A stretch of DNA of 64,000 nt from Candidatus Krumholzibacteriota bacterium. Lineage in GTDB: Bacteria > Krumholzibacteriota > Krumholzibacteriia > JAJRXK01. Location: NCBI GenBank assembly GCA_963764625.1, contig CAVXTH010000007.1:64001-128000 (forward strand), read 5' to 3'. The notes under the pieces were generated by a model. The model had not been told where the DNA came from, did no database searches, and saw only the letters and a program-made list of their open reading frames with translations. This document shows positions 17,497 through 28,722 of the stretch, one piece after another; the first letter of the stretch is position 1; the number at the start of each line of letters is the position of its first letter. Position numbers and translations under genes: made by a program.

Positions 17497-20090
17497 ATGC
17501 GACGCCCTCTGCTCCCAATGGCGCTGGTCCTCGCTGGGTGTTTTCTCGCTGCACCTGATTGTCTTCGCGCACAGATCGTCTCCCCGCGGGATGGCGGTGA
17601 GTTGCCGGTGGCCTACCGCCAGCTCATCGCACGGAATCCGCAGGCATTTCAGATGAAACACGCGTGGATCAAGAAGACCAAAGAACTCTCGGCCGAGAGA
17701 ATCCAAGGCGCTCGCCGAAGGCTCCATGAAAGCCGCCGCGACCTACACGGTGAGCGGCAACTACAATATCCCGATCTTCACCGCTACCTTCGCCAACACT
17801 CCGGCGCAGCCGTATCCGGTGGCTGATCTGCAGGCGGAGCTCTTCGGACCCTCGCCGGGAGCATACGATCTCACGGAATTCTACGATGAGATCTCCTACG
17901 GCGACATCCACGCGACGGGCACGGTGTACGACTGGGTAGCCCTGCCCCAAGACGACACCTACTACGCGGGTGGGGTCAACGGTCTCGACCCGTCGCAGGC
18001 GAAGGTCGGAGAGATCATCAAGACCTGCCTGGACGCCTACGATTCCAGCGTGGACTTCGGCCTCTACGACAACGACGGACCCGATGGAATTCCCAACAGC
18101 GGCGATGACGACGGCTACGTCGATTTCGTCGCCTTCGTTCAGCCCGAACAGGGCGCGGAATGCGGTGGGGGGAACGACAATATCTGGTCGCATCGCTGGG
18201 TGTACCACGCCTGGAGCGCTAGCGGAAACATGCCCTACCAGACCAATGATGCCGCGGCTAACGGCGGCGTGATCCTCATCGACGATTACACCATTCAACC
18301 CGCGCTCTCCTGCGCCAGCGGCGCGCCGATGGTGGAAATCGGCGTCTTCTGCCACGAATTCGGTCATGGCTTCGGTCTGCCCGATCTCTACGACACCAAC
18401 GGTGGTACTTCGCAGGGCCTGGGTCACTGGGGTCTGATGGCGGCGGGGAACTGGAACAAACCGGATTCTCCCGCGCACATGTCGGCATGGTCCAAAGCAG
18501 AACTGGGCTGGCTCACTCCTATCCAGGTGGACTGGCAAGGAGCGACCGTGTTGATTCCGCCGGTGGAAACCGACCCGGTGGCCTATGAACTCTCCTTCGA
18601 CGAGGATCGCTGGACCGTACGAAGCGACTGTGCTCTGAACGGGAGCTCGAGCCTGACGGTGGGGCTCGGAAATGCCGATGCCGCCGCCCGGGGTTGGGTC
18701 GCGGGCCGGGGCTACGGAAATCTGTGGCGGGAAACCGTGGCGCACGATTTTCATTTCGACGGCACGGGGCCGGTTTCTCTGAGCTTCGAGTACCGCAAAG
18801 ACAGCGAGGGTGGCTACGACTACACCTACTGCGTGCTCGAAAAGGATGGGGTCGAGACGCTGCTCGGCGCCTACGACAACGTCGGGTCCGGTACGGCCAA
18901 CTTCAACCTCACTCCCGCGCTGGGAAGCGAGGCCGCCGACTACCGCATCAAATTCCGCTTCGCCTCCGATACCGGGTATTCCGACGAAGATGGAAACTAC
19001 ACGACGGCCTGCGCTCCCTTCGTAGTGGATGACATTCAGCTGAGCGGGGGAGGAGAGAGCTACTTCACCGATTTCGAGACGAATCGCGCCGGCTGGTACC
19101 AACCCAATGATGCTCTGGACAATCCGAAGTCCGAGAAGTGGCTGGTGGAAAATCGTCAAGACCTGGGCAGCGAAATCTACCTGCACGGCGCGGGACTGGC
19201 GATCTATCACGTCGACCAGGAAGTGGCCCACAGCGCCCTGGGCAACGATGGCGGAGCTTCCAATGTCACGGTGCGAGGCGTGGCGATGGAACAGTCCGAT
19301 GGAGACGAAGATCTGGAGGGTGGCTTCAACCGCGGCGACAACGGAGACACCTGGCCGGGTATCACGCAGCAGACCAACTTCGACTCGGCATCCAATCCCT
19401 CCTCCTTCGACAACTCGGGCCATCCCACCCTCATCGAGGTCTCTTCCATTGCCCACAGCGGAAGCGACATGGTGGCCACCGTCGTGGCGGGAAACCCCGC
19501 GCCTTCGTTGACTGGAGTCGATCCCGTCAGCCGCGTCGAACGCCTCAGGCAGTTTCCCCTTGGATATCCTCGGCGAGCAGAACGTGCGCTACGGCGCCAC
19601 TCTGCTCTTCACCAAGAGTGGATCGCCCGACATCCAGACGACGGTCCGCTGGACCGATTTCGACGTGGTGGATGCACAGCTGGATCTCTCCGGCGCGGAT
19701 CCCGGTCTGTACGACGTGGTGCTCCAGAACCCGGATGGGCAGAACGCGGTGTTGAGCGAGGGATTCGAGGTGTTGGCGCCCACTGCCGTCCCGGTGGCCA
19801 GTAGCTCACCGGTTGCGATGGCGTTGGCGCAGAACTATCCCAATCCCTTCAACCCGACCACCACCATCCGCTACCAGGTCGACCGCAGTGGTCCGGTGAG
19901 TCTGGTGGTCCTGGACGTGAAGGGCCGGGTGGTGAAGACGCTGGTGGCGAGTTCTCGCGGACCGGGCTGGTATTCCGTGCGCTGGAACGGAACCGACGAG
20001 CGCGGTAAACAGGTCGCGAGCGGCCTCTACTTCTACCGCATGAAAGCGGCCGATTTCGAGGCGCGGAAGAAGCTACTTCTGCTGAAGTAA
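17497..20090 (+). CDS. M6-family (immune inhibitor A-like) secreted metalloprotease with C-terminal FlgD-Ig/T9SS-like domain; split by two +1 frameshifts (about 17700 and 19523-19532)
   Basis: Signal peptide in the frame of ORF 17410; IWSHRW, FCHEFGHGFGLPDLYD and WGLM in ORF 17726; QNYPNPFNP...WNGTDERGKQVASGLYFYRM...KKLLLLK in ORF 19560. Confidence 0.8.
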
Positions 20091-20122
20091 GACCCTCTCT
20101 CCTCTGAGCGCGTGGCTGCGCA

Positions 20123-20151
20123 TTGCCGCGAGGCCACGCTTCTGCTACGCT
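20123..20151 (+). promoter_or_regulatory. Sigma70-type promoter for proS
   Basis: TTGCCG-17 nt-TACGCT with an extended TG. Confidence 0.45.
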
Positions 20152-20169
20152 GCCGCCTCCAAGAGTTGA

Positions 20170-21639
<1,470 letters not shown>

Positions 21640-21686
21640 GCGCTATTCCCTCCTTGCGGAGGGCTCGGGAGCGGGTTGAGTTCGAA

Positions 21687-21715
21687 TTGCCTCACCCCCG
21701 GCGCACTCCTATACT
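21687..21715 (+). promoter_or_regulatory. Sigma70-type promoter for pdxST
   Basis: TTGCCT-17 nt-TATACT. Confidence 0.55.
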
Positions 21716-21787
21716 ATGAACGCGCTGCGCAGCGGATCACACCGCATCGCATGGAGAGTTTGCGATACCCCCACGGGAGTTGGCGAA

Positions 21788-22681
21788 ATGAGCAAGCAAA
21801 CCGGTGAGGACCGGCTCCGCCTGAAGATCGGCTTGGCCGAGATGCTCAAGGGGGGCGTCATCATGGACGTCACCAACGTCGAGCAAGCCAAAATCGCCGA
21901 AGATGCCGGGGCGAGTGCGGTCATGGCTCTCGAAAGAATTCCCGCGGACATCCGCGCGGACGGCGGCGTCGCGCGCATGTCCAATCCACGCATGATCCAG
22001 GACATCATGGACGCAGTGAGCATTCCGGTGATGGCCAAGTGCCGAATCGGCCATTTCGCTGAGGCGCAGATCCTCCAGGCCATCGGAGTGGACTTCGTGG
22101 ACGAGAGCGAAGTCTTGACGCCGGCCGATGAGGAACATCATGTCGACAAGTTCGCGTTCGACGTACCGTTTGTTTGCGGTTGCCGGAATCTGGGTGAGGC
22201 TCTGCGCCGCCTCGGAGAGGGTGCGGCGATGATGCGTACCAAGGGCGAGGCGGGAACCGGCGACATCGTCGAGGCAGTACGTCACATGCGCGCCGTACAG
22301 TCGGGCATCCGGAGACTCCAGGTATTGAGAGACGAGGAACTCATGGCGGAGGCGAAGAACCTAGGAGCGCCTTACCACGTGCTGCTCGAAGTGCGCGAAA
22401 AGGGAAAGCTTCCGGTTCCTAATTTCGCCGCCGGCGGCATCGCGACTCCTGCGGACGCTTCTCTCATGATGCAACTGGGTGCGGAGTCGGTCTTCGTCGG
22501 CAGCGGCATCTTCAAGAGTGACGATCCCGCGGCTCGAGCCAAGGCCGTGGTGGAAGCGGTCACTTTCTTCGACGATCCGAAGAAGCTGGCGGAAATCAGC
22601 CGCGAGCTCGGCGATGCCATGCGAGGCCAGTCGGTGGAGAAACTCTCCAAGGAAGAGCTGCTCGCCGGCCGGGGCTGGTAG
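21788..22681 (+). CDS. pdxS: Pyridoxal 5'-phosphate synthase, lyase subunit
   Basis: [41 protein letters not shown]-terminal RGW. Confidence 0.97.
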   Translation: MSKQTGEDRLRLKIGLAEMLKGGVIMDVTNVEQAKIAEDAGASAVMALERIPADIRADGGVARMSNPRMIQDIMDAVSIPVMAKCRIGHFAEAQILQAIGVDFVDESEVLTPADEEHHVDKFAFDVPFVCGCRNLGEALRRLGEGAAMMRTKGEAGTGDIVEAVRHMRAVQSGIRRLQVLRDEELMAEAKNLGAPYHVLLEVREKGKLPVPNFAAGGIATPADASLMMQLGAESVFVGSGIFKSDDPAARAKAVVEAVTFFDDPKKLAEISRELGDAMRGQSVEKLSKEELLAGRGW

Positions 22682-23313
22682 TGGAAGAGTACGGGCGAGT
22701 CGGCGTCCTTGCTCTCCAAGGAGATTTCGCGGCTCATCTTGAAGTTCTCCACGAACTCGAGGTGTCCGCCATTACGGTGCGGCGTCCGGAAGAATTACAA
22801 GGTCTCGACGGACTGATCATTCCCGGGGGCGAAAGCACGACCCTGGTCAAGCTTCTCCATTCCAACCATCTTCTCGGCCCCATTTCCACTTTCGCTCAGC
22901 GACACAGTGTGATGGGCACTTGCGCGGGCGCGATTCTCATGGCGAGCGAACTGGAGGACTCGGGTGGCGTGAGTCCGCTCGGCCTGTTGGACATCACCGT
23001 GCGCCGCAATGGGTATGGCCGACAGATCGACTCCTTCGAAGACGAGATCACCACCACCGTCGGCATCGAGGGCATCCCCCCGGCGAGAGGGATCTTCATT
23101 CGGGCCCCCCGGATCCTGCGCGTGGGCCAGGACGTCGAGGTGATCGCCATCTACCGCCAGGAACCGGTGGCGGTGCGTTCGCGCGCCGCCGCCCCGCGCC
23201 ACCTCGCGCTCACCTTTCATCCTGAATTGAATGAAGTTACGACCTGGCACCGGCTGTGGCTGGCGGGGGTATTTCGAAAAAGAGAATTCGTATCTGAATC
23301 TCCATCTTCCTGA
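22681..23313 (+). CDS. pdxT: Pyridoxal 5'-phosphate synthase, glutaminase subunit
   Basis: GVLALQG, PGGEST, GTCAG, FIRAP and FHPE. Confidence 0.95.
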   Translation: MEEYGRVGVLALQGDFAAHLEVLHELEVSAITVRRPEELQGLDGLIIPGGESTTLVKLLHSNHLLGPISTFAQRHSVMGTCAGAILMASELEDSGGVSPLGLLDITVRRNGYGRQIDSFEDEITTTVGIEGIPPARGIFIRAPRILRVGQDVEVIAIYRQEPVAVRSRAAAPRHLALTFHPELNEVTTWHRLWLAGVFRKREFVSESPSS

Positions 23314-23360
23314 ACCCGGTTCAGTGCCGGATCTCTGAGCCGGACTTCCCTATGAGCACC

Positions 23361-23390
23361 TTGCCGCTGAAGCTCCGTTTCTGATACAAT
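23361..23390 (+). promoter_or_regulatory. Sigma70-type promoter
   Basis: TTGCCG-18 nt-TACAAT with an extended -10 (TGATACAAT). Confidence 0.55.
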
Positions 23391-23467
23391 GACCGCGTCC
23401 CTGTGTGTCAGGCTCCCTCGTACGCTTCGCACAACCTGAAAGCCCGACAACTCCTAGGAGAACAAGA

Positions 23468-24163
23468 ATGTCCCTTCGTTATCGCGTCCTCTTCAAGTCC
23501 CTGATGGTGTTGGCGCTCGCAGCCCTTAGCACAGCGGCGTTCGCCGATCCCTGTCTCACGGTCTATCCCACCGGGGATACGGTCTACCATTATGACGTCA
23601 ATGAGTACTATGTGGTTGGGCCGGGAGATCCTCTCTACGATCCTCTCTACGATCGCGGCGGCTACTGCCTCATCGATTCCAATACCATGGACTTCGATCT
23701 GAGCATCTATCAGGCGCCGAACCTCGTGGGTTTCACGCCGAGCACCGATGGCCAAGAAGGCTACTTTTTCGAGGGCTATAGCTTCCAGCTCGTCATCGAT
23801 GGCTTCAGCAACAGCCCCACGACCTACGAGAACATCATTCTGGTGATCAACCCACTGCCATCTTCGTGTCCCCCGATGGTCACGATCGACGGCAACCCGG
23901 TCACTGGCAGCACCTACCCTCTCGGTAGCCTGGCGGTCAGCACGCCTACGACCGAGGGCCACCATTATTCGGATACGCTCGTGCTCGACGTGACCTGGGC
24001 TGCGTGCGCGGAGATGCAGTTCTGGGCCTACGACGATGAAAACTACAACGGCCAGAAGGACGGCGGCGAATGCTTCAGCGCATTCTCGCACGACACCACC
24101 GTTCCCGCGGCGCGCACTTCGATGGGTCTCATCAAGGCGCAGTACGGGGGCTCTGGGCAATAG
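23468..24163 (+). CDS. Secreted acidic beta-rich protein with a short C-terminal sorting-like motif
   Basis: Signal peptide AFA-D; D/Y/G/P-rich body; ends FSAFSHDTTVPAARTSMGLIKAQY; RBS AGGAG. Confidence 0.65.
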   Translation: MSLRYRVLFKSLMVLALAALSTAAFADPCLTVYPTGDTVYHYDVNEYYVVGPGDPLYDPLYDRGGYCLIDSNTMDFDLSIYQAPNLVGFTPSTDGQEGYFFEGYSFQLVIDGFSNSPTTYENIILVINPLPSSCPPMVTIDGNPVTGSTYPLGSLAVSTPTTEGHHYSDTLVLDVTWAACAEMQFWAYDDENYNGQKDGGECFSAFSHDTTVPAARTSMGLIKAQYGGSGQ

Positions 24164-25142
24164 AAGGTGCTTCGCGCTCAGCGGCTCTCATGAGTTGTTG
24201 AAACGACCGTAGGGTCGTACGGGCCGTGACGGTAATTCTGGCAAGATGCCAGGTACTGTCACGGCCCGGTTCGTTCGTGCCCGCCGCCAAGCTCAGGCTG
24301 CCGTGGTAGCCCTCCTTTGCCGCGAGCGAATCCAGAGGCGAGGAGGCCCATCCGTAAGGCCAGGCCAACCACTGCGCTCCATGTCCCAGGTGGTTCTTCA
24401 GGCTCCGGCTGGAGCGGCGCAGATCGAGGCTCACGAAGAGTTCGCCCCGTGGGAGGGGAGCACCCTCGTAGGGCACCTCGTGGAGAAACACCGGCTGCAT
24501 CTTGCCTTGATGTCCTTTGACCTTGTAATGCATGTCGTCGGAGTGGCTTTCCACTCTGAACACCCCGCTCTTCTCCAGCATGCCAAGTTGGGCCCAGCTG
24601 AGCGTGTTCACGTCCTTCCAGCTCTGTCCCACTTTGGAGGTGACCACCATGATGGTCGCCTTCATTCCATGACGCGCGAGAAAGGGGTAGGCATAGCGGA
24701 GGATGCTCGTATCTCCGTCGTCGAAGGTGATGACGATGGGCTTCGCCGGCCCGATCTCCTTCCCGGCGAGAATCTCCTCGAGTTCATCGAGATCGATGGT
24801 CGTGTAGCCATTTTGAAGGAGCCAATCCATGTGTCTCACGAAGAGCTGCGCGGGCGTGGTCCAGTATTCTCTCTCCCTGAGAGTAGGGAGGTTGAAGAGA
24901 ACCGCCCCCAGAACCCGCAAGAGGTAGACCGGCCCCGCCGGTCCGCGCAGGTAGTGGTAGCAGAGGACGGGAACTCCCCCCGCGCGAAACTTTGCCGGAT
25001 CGAGATCAATCTTGCCCGGCTCCTCGATCTCCAGGTAGTTGGCACGGGATCCTTCATCGTGATAGGTCGCGCAGTACTGGCGCCAGACGACGAGCGAGGG
25101 AACGGTCAACAGGACGAGAGCGATGATGACGAGACGTCTCAT
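24132..25142 (-). CDS. Polysaccharide deacetylase (CE4; IcaB/PgaB-N-like)
   Basis: VLCYH, ITFDDG, ESHSDDMH and AWPYG; N-terminal hydrophobic anchor; last gene of the pga-like operon. Confidence 0.85.
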   Translation of the reverse strand: MRRLVIIALVLLTVPSLVVWRQYCATYHDEGSRANYLEIEEPGKIDLDPAKFRAGGVPVLCYHYLRGPAGPVYLLRVLGAVLFNLPTLREREYWTTPAQLFVRHMDWLLQNGYTTIDLDELEEILAGKEIGPAKPIVITFDDGDTSILRYAYPFLARHGMKATIMVVTSKVGQSWKDVNTLSWAQLGMLEKSGVFRVESHSDDMHYKVKGHQGKMQPVFLHEVPYEGAPLPRGELFVSLDLRRSSRSLKNHLGHGAQWLAWPYGWASSPLDSLAAKEGYHGSLSLAAGTNEPGRDSTWHLARITVTARTTLRSFQQLMRAAEREAPSIAQSPRTAP

Positions 25143-25148
25143 GGGAGC

Positions 25149-26732
25149 TCAGAACTTGTAGTGGAGAGCGATCGCGGCGAACTTCCGATTGTAGCCTCCC
25201 GAGGAAGACAGCTTGCTATCGCTGCTTCCGCCGGACAGTTCGAGGCGCCAGCGCTGTGAAATGCGCCATGCGAGCTCTGCGCTTCCATTGAACACCCCAT
25301 AGTCGTCGTCATCGGCCCATTCGTGACCCAAGCCTATCTCCACGGCGGCGGAGACGCGCGGATCAAAGTCCTTCTCCAGACGCGCCGACGCTCGCGCGTT
25401 GAAGAAATCACTGGGATTCCAGTAGCCGCGATCGCTGATCTTGGAGAATCGGAAGGTGGTCAACGAAGGGGTCAGGGTCAGTCGCCAGCTTCGTCCGTAG
25501 CTGAAATCCAGATGGGAGCTGAGATAACTCCGGCCATTGCCGTCGCTGTAGTCGCCGTAGCGCAGCACCGCGCTCCAAATCAGATTGGGACGCAGATGCC
25601 AATCGGCACTGGCGGCGAAGCTCGTCACCGTGATCTCCTCACTCAGCGCACGCGGCGTATCGATGAAACTGCGGTCGGTCGAGAAGTCCAGCCGCCAGCG
25701 GTAATCGGCCCACCAGGTGAACCAGGCATCCCAGCTCAAGAGGAAGAAGTCGACCTTGTCCGGCGGGCCGTTCACCACGGCCGAGTCACTGCTGAAGCTC
25801 ATGGGCGTGAGGTAGAGGTGCGCTTGCGTGGTGGGGGAGGGACGCATGGCGCCTCCCACTCTCAACCCAAGCTCGTCGATGTCAGGTTGTCCCTCTTGCC
25901 AGAAACGTCCCTGAAGGAGAGCGAGCTGGAGGTCCTGCCAACGAGGTGTCGTATTCTCGTAGCTCAGCTCGTTGCTCAAGATCTTCAATTCGTCGCTGTC
26001 CTTGATCAACCGACTGCGGGCCACCAGTTCGGGGTGTCGAGCCGCGAGGATGCGCTGGCGCAGCGCCTGGGCATCGGGATCTTCGCGCATGGGATCGAGG
26101 GCGGAAAGAGCGAGCTGGAGCTCATCTGCCCAGGCCCAGCTCTGCGCCAATCCCAGGCGGGCCTCCTTGCTCTCGGGATGGTCATCGAGGAACTTCTGGT
26201 ATTGCCGCGCCGCCTGACGGTTGCGTCCCATCCAGCTCAGGGTCTGCGCCTCTCCCAGGCGCGCCTCTTTGTTCTCGGGATGGCCGATGAGCACGCGCCG
26301 GTACTCCTGCCAGGCTTCCTGGTTTCGATCCACCCAGCTCAACGCCCGGGCATATCCGATCCGCGCGCCGACGCTTCCCGGCGCGGCCGCAAGACGCGTC
26401 TCGAACCAGGGAATCGCCTTCTGGGGTTCGTCATTCCAGTTGTACTGATGTCCCAGCTCGTCGCCGTACGACGAGGCCAAGGACGACTCCAGTTCGAAAG
26501 CCCTCAAGTAGGCACGGATCGCATTTTGGTGCTGGTCGGAGGCCGAGTACTCGCGAGCTTGTGCGAGCGCCTGGAGGGCCGAGGCGTGAGCCTGCTCGGG
26601 AGGCGCCGCGACTGGCGTCGCACTTGGCGTCGCACCGGCGACGCCCCCCGGAGCAAGCGTGCCTCCTAGCAGCCCGACCAAGAGCACGAACCACACCGCT
26701 CTTGGAGGCCAGAGAATCAATAGTCTAGACAT
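25149..26732 (-). CDS. TPR plus beta-barrel outer-membrane export protein (PgaA-like)
   Basis: Signal peptide; TPRs (ARIGYARALSW, EARLGEAQTLSW, EARLGLAQSWAW); GYWNP; terminal LHYKF; in operon with pgaC. Confidence 0.7.
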   Translation of the reverse strand: MSRLLILWPPRAVWFVLLVGLLGGTLAPGGVAGATPSATPVAAPPEQAHASALQALAQAREYSASDQHQNAIRAYLRAFELESSLASSYGDELGHQYNWNDEPQKAIPWFETRLAAAPGSVGARIGYARALSWVDRNQEAWQEYRRVLIGHPENKEARLGEAQTLSWMGRNRQAARQYQKFLDDHPESKEARLGLAQSWAWADELQLALSALDPMREDPDAQALRQRILAARHPELVARSRLIKDSDELKILSNELSYENTTPRWQDLQLALLQGRFWQEGQPDIDELGLRVGGAMRPSPTTQAHLYLTPMSFSSDSAVVNGPPDKVDFFLLSWDAWFTWWADYRWRLDFSTDRSFIDTPRALSEEITVTSFAASADWHLRPNLIWSAVLRYGDYSDGNGRSYLSSHLDFSYGRSWRLTLTPSLTTFRFSKISDRGYWNPSDFFNARASARLEKDFDPRVSAAVEIGLGHEWADDDDYGVFNGSAELAWRISQRWRLELSGGSSDSKLSSSGGYNRKFAAIALHYKF

Positions 26733-27987
26733 CCCTCACCGGCGTCCACCGCGTTACGCCGCCTGCACCCCCTCTCCTGAAGAAGGCGCGGGGGGTGGTC
26801 CAGGTCGTCACGACCGCCAGGATCATCCAGTAGATGATCGGGTAGAGCACCGCGACCACGAAATACCGGCTGATTTTGGGATCGTAGCGGCGATCGAGAA
26901 CGACACCGGTCAGAAGTTGCAAGAGGCATACCGTTCCAATGAGCATGCCCCACCAGTTGGGTACCGGAGAGGCTCCCACCGGTGGATAGCCGACCATGTA
27001 GGAGAGAGTCCAGAGAACGACCATCCAGGTGTAGGTGTAGGCCCAGGTGATCGAGAGGGTGCTCTCGGCGAGCACCGGCCAGAGCCGGCGGTGTTTCCAT
27101 TTCAGAACCTGGCGACCGTGGCGCCGCAGAACTTGCGCCAGACCCAGGGCCCAACGGGTTCTCTGGCGCCAGAGTCCCTTTAGATTGCGCGGTACCTGCA
27201 TCCAGACAATCGCCCTTGGTTCGTAGCGCACGTCCCAATGGTGCAATTGCAATTTCCAGGTGAGGTCGATGTCCTCGGTGGCCATGTCGGGGCTGTAGAG
27301 TCCGGCATCCAGGATCGCGGCGCGGTGAAACGCCCCCACCACGCCACTCATCGTCAAGATCCTGCCCCAGATCCGTTGGGCCCGCCGCTGCAGGGAAATG
27401 ATCGAGGTGAACTCGATTGCCTCGAGTTTGGCGAGGAAGGTTCCCCGATTCTCCACCCGCGGATTCCCCGTCACTCCGCCGACCCGAGGAGATTTAAAAT
27501 GGGGCACGATGACGCGCAGCAGCTGAGGCTCGGGCGTGGCGTCGGCATCCATGACCACGAGAATCTCGCCTCGGGCCATGCGCACGGCGTCGTTCAACGC
27601 CATCGCCTTTCCTTCGTTGAACCTCTTGCGCAGCAGACGCACGCGGCGCTGTCGCACCAGGGGCATGATCTTCTCTACCGTTTCGTCGGTGCTGCAATCG
27701 TCGATGACGAGCACCTCGAAATCGGGATAGTCGATGGCGAGCATCCCCTCCACGCTGTGGAGGATGTGTTCCTGTTCGTTGAACGCCGGGACGAGGATGC
27801 TGACGGTGGGGTACGACTCGAGCTTGTAGAACTCCTCGTCGATTGTTCGCTCGCGTCTGATGAAGTATACCGCACTGGTGAAGACCCACATGAGACTCGT
27901 GAGAATGGGATACCAGGCGAAGAAGACGAGGGCCGCCAGGTAGATCCAATGACCCTGAATGGCTTCGAGAATCGGCAGGAGGTTCAC
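26725..27987 (-). CDS. pgaC: Poly-beta-1,6-N-acetylglucosamine synthase (GT2, PgaC/IcaA)
   Basis: VPAFNE, IDDCS, GKAMALN, MDADA, VTGNPR, TEDID and QRTRW. Confidence 0.9.
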   Translation of the reverse strand: MNLLPILEAIQGHWIYLAALVFFAWYPILTSLMWVFTSAVYFIRRERTIDEEFYKLESYPTVSILVPAFNEQEHILHSVEGMLAIDYPDFEVLVIDDCSTDETVEKIMPLVRQRRVRLLRKRFNEGKAMALNDAVRMARGEILVVMDADATPEPQLLRVIVPHFKSPRVGGVTGNPRVENRGTFLAKLEAIEFTSIISLQRRAQRIWGRILTMSGVVGAFHRAAILDAGLYSPDMATEDIDLTWKLQLHHWDVRYEPRAIVWMQVPRNLKGLWRQRTRWALGLAQVLRRHGRQVLKWKHRRLWPVLAESTLSITWAYTYTWMVVLWTLSYMVGYPPVGASPVPNWWGMLIGTVCLLQLLTGVVLDRRYDPKISRYFVVAVLYPIIYWMILAVVTTWTTPRAFFRRGGAGGVTRWTPVRDV

Positions 27988-28373
27988 GGTCGCTCCTCCT
28001 CAGAGGGCGGAGCGATCTTGTGATAGAGCTTCACCTGGTCCTGCTCGGAGACCTCAATTTCCACGTAGTTGGACAGGAACAGCGGTTCGGATCCGAGCTC
28101 CTCGATCCGGCGGCCCAGCACGTCGTGGTTCGCATCCAGTGGAATGCGGCGTCGGTCTTTCCGCCGTCCCTTGGAGTTCTTGGCCACCTGCTGATTGTGC
28201 CGAATCCACAGGAGGGTCAGAAGACAGACGATACCCACGGAGGTGAAGAGGATCGTCAGCGCGGACACGGTCGCGGGGTTGAGCCGACGACGGCTCACGA
28301 GCCACCAGTAGTACGCAAAGAGCGCCCACGCGATCAATGCGAGCGTACCTTGACTCAAGATTCTGCGCTGCAT
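27984..28373 (-). CDS. PgaD/IcaD-like small membrane subunit
   Basis: Two TM helices followed by LWIRHN...KGRRK (PgaD-like W..yN...RR); RBS GGAGG; overlaps the pgaC start. Confidence 0.6.
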   Translation of the reverse strand: MQRRILSQGTLALIAWALFAYYWWLVSRRRLNPATVSALTILFTSVGIVCLLTLLWIRHNQQVAKNSKGRRKDRRRIPLDANHDVLGRRIEELGSEPLFLSNYVEIEVSEQDQVKLYHKIAPPSEEERP

Positions 28374-28569
28374 CGCGCAATCCCTCCACTTGGCACCTTG
28401 CCACGCTCGCCGCTTCGCCGTATCGCGAAGCGCCGTGATTCGTGGCGCATGCTTTCTCGTCCTTTCCCGCGATGGAGAAGAGTTTCTCCCGACGGGAAAG
28501 CGTCGTGTCCGGCGATGCGGACGGCCGGCCGCGGGCTTGCCTGGCATTTTTCGGCTCTCGATAGTGTTG

Positions 28570-28586
28570 TGCAACCCTGAGGCCAA
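28570..28586 (-). promoter_or_regulatory. Candidate sigma54 (-24/-12) promoter for the pga-like operon
   Basis: Minus strand TTGGCCTCAGGGTTGCA = TT-GG-N10-GC-A, close to the YTGGCACG-N3-TTGCW consensus. Confidence 0.6.
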
Positions 28587-28722
28587 GCGCATACGGGTGG
28601 GGCCGGGCTTCTTGACGGCTGCCCTTCACCCTCCTAACCTCTAACGGATCTTTGATTTGGAAGACTCTGCCAGCTGGTAGATTTCCGGGGGACACAGCTG
28701 CCGCCGGAAAAGATCGGGAATT

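Noticed and set aside
17690-17710. Programmed ribosomal frameshifting in the M6 protease
   Set aside because: No slippery heptamer at either site, and similar indels elsewhere point to assembly error
28440-28500. c-di-GMP-I riboswitch in the pga leader (GGGAAAGGACGAGAAAGC)
   Set aside because: It lacks the GGCAAAC...GACGCAAAGC core and the tetraloop/receptor arrangement; only a superficial resemblance
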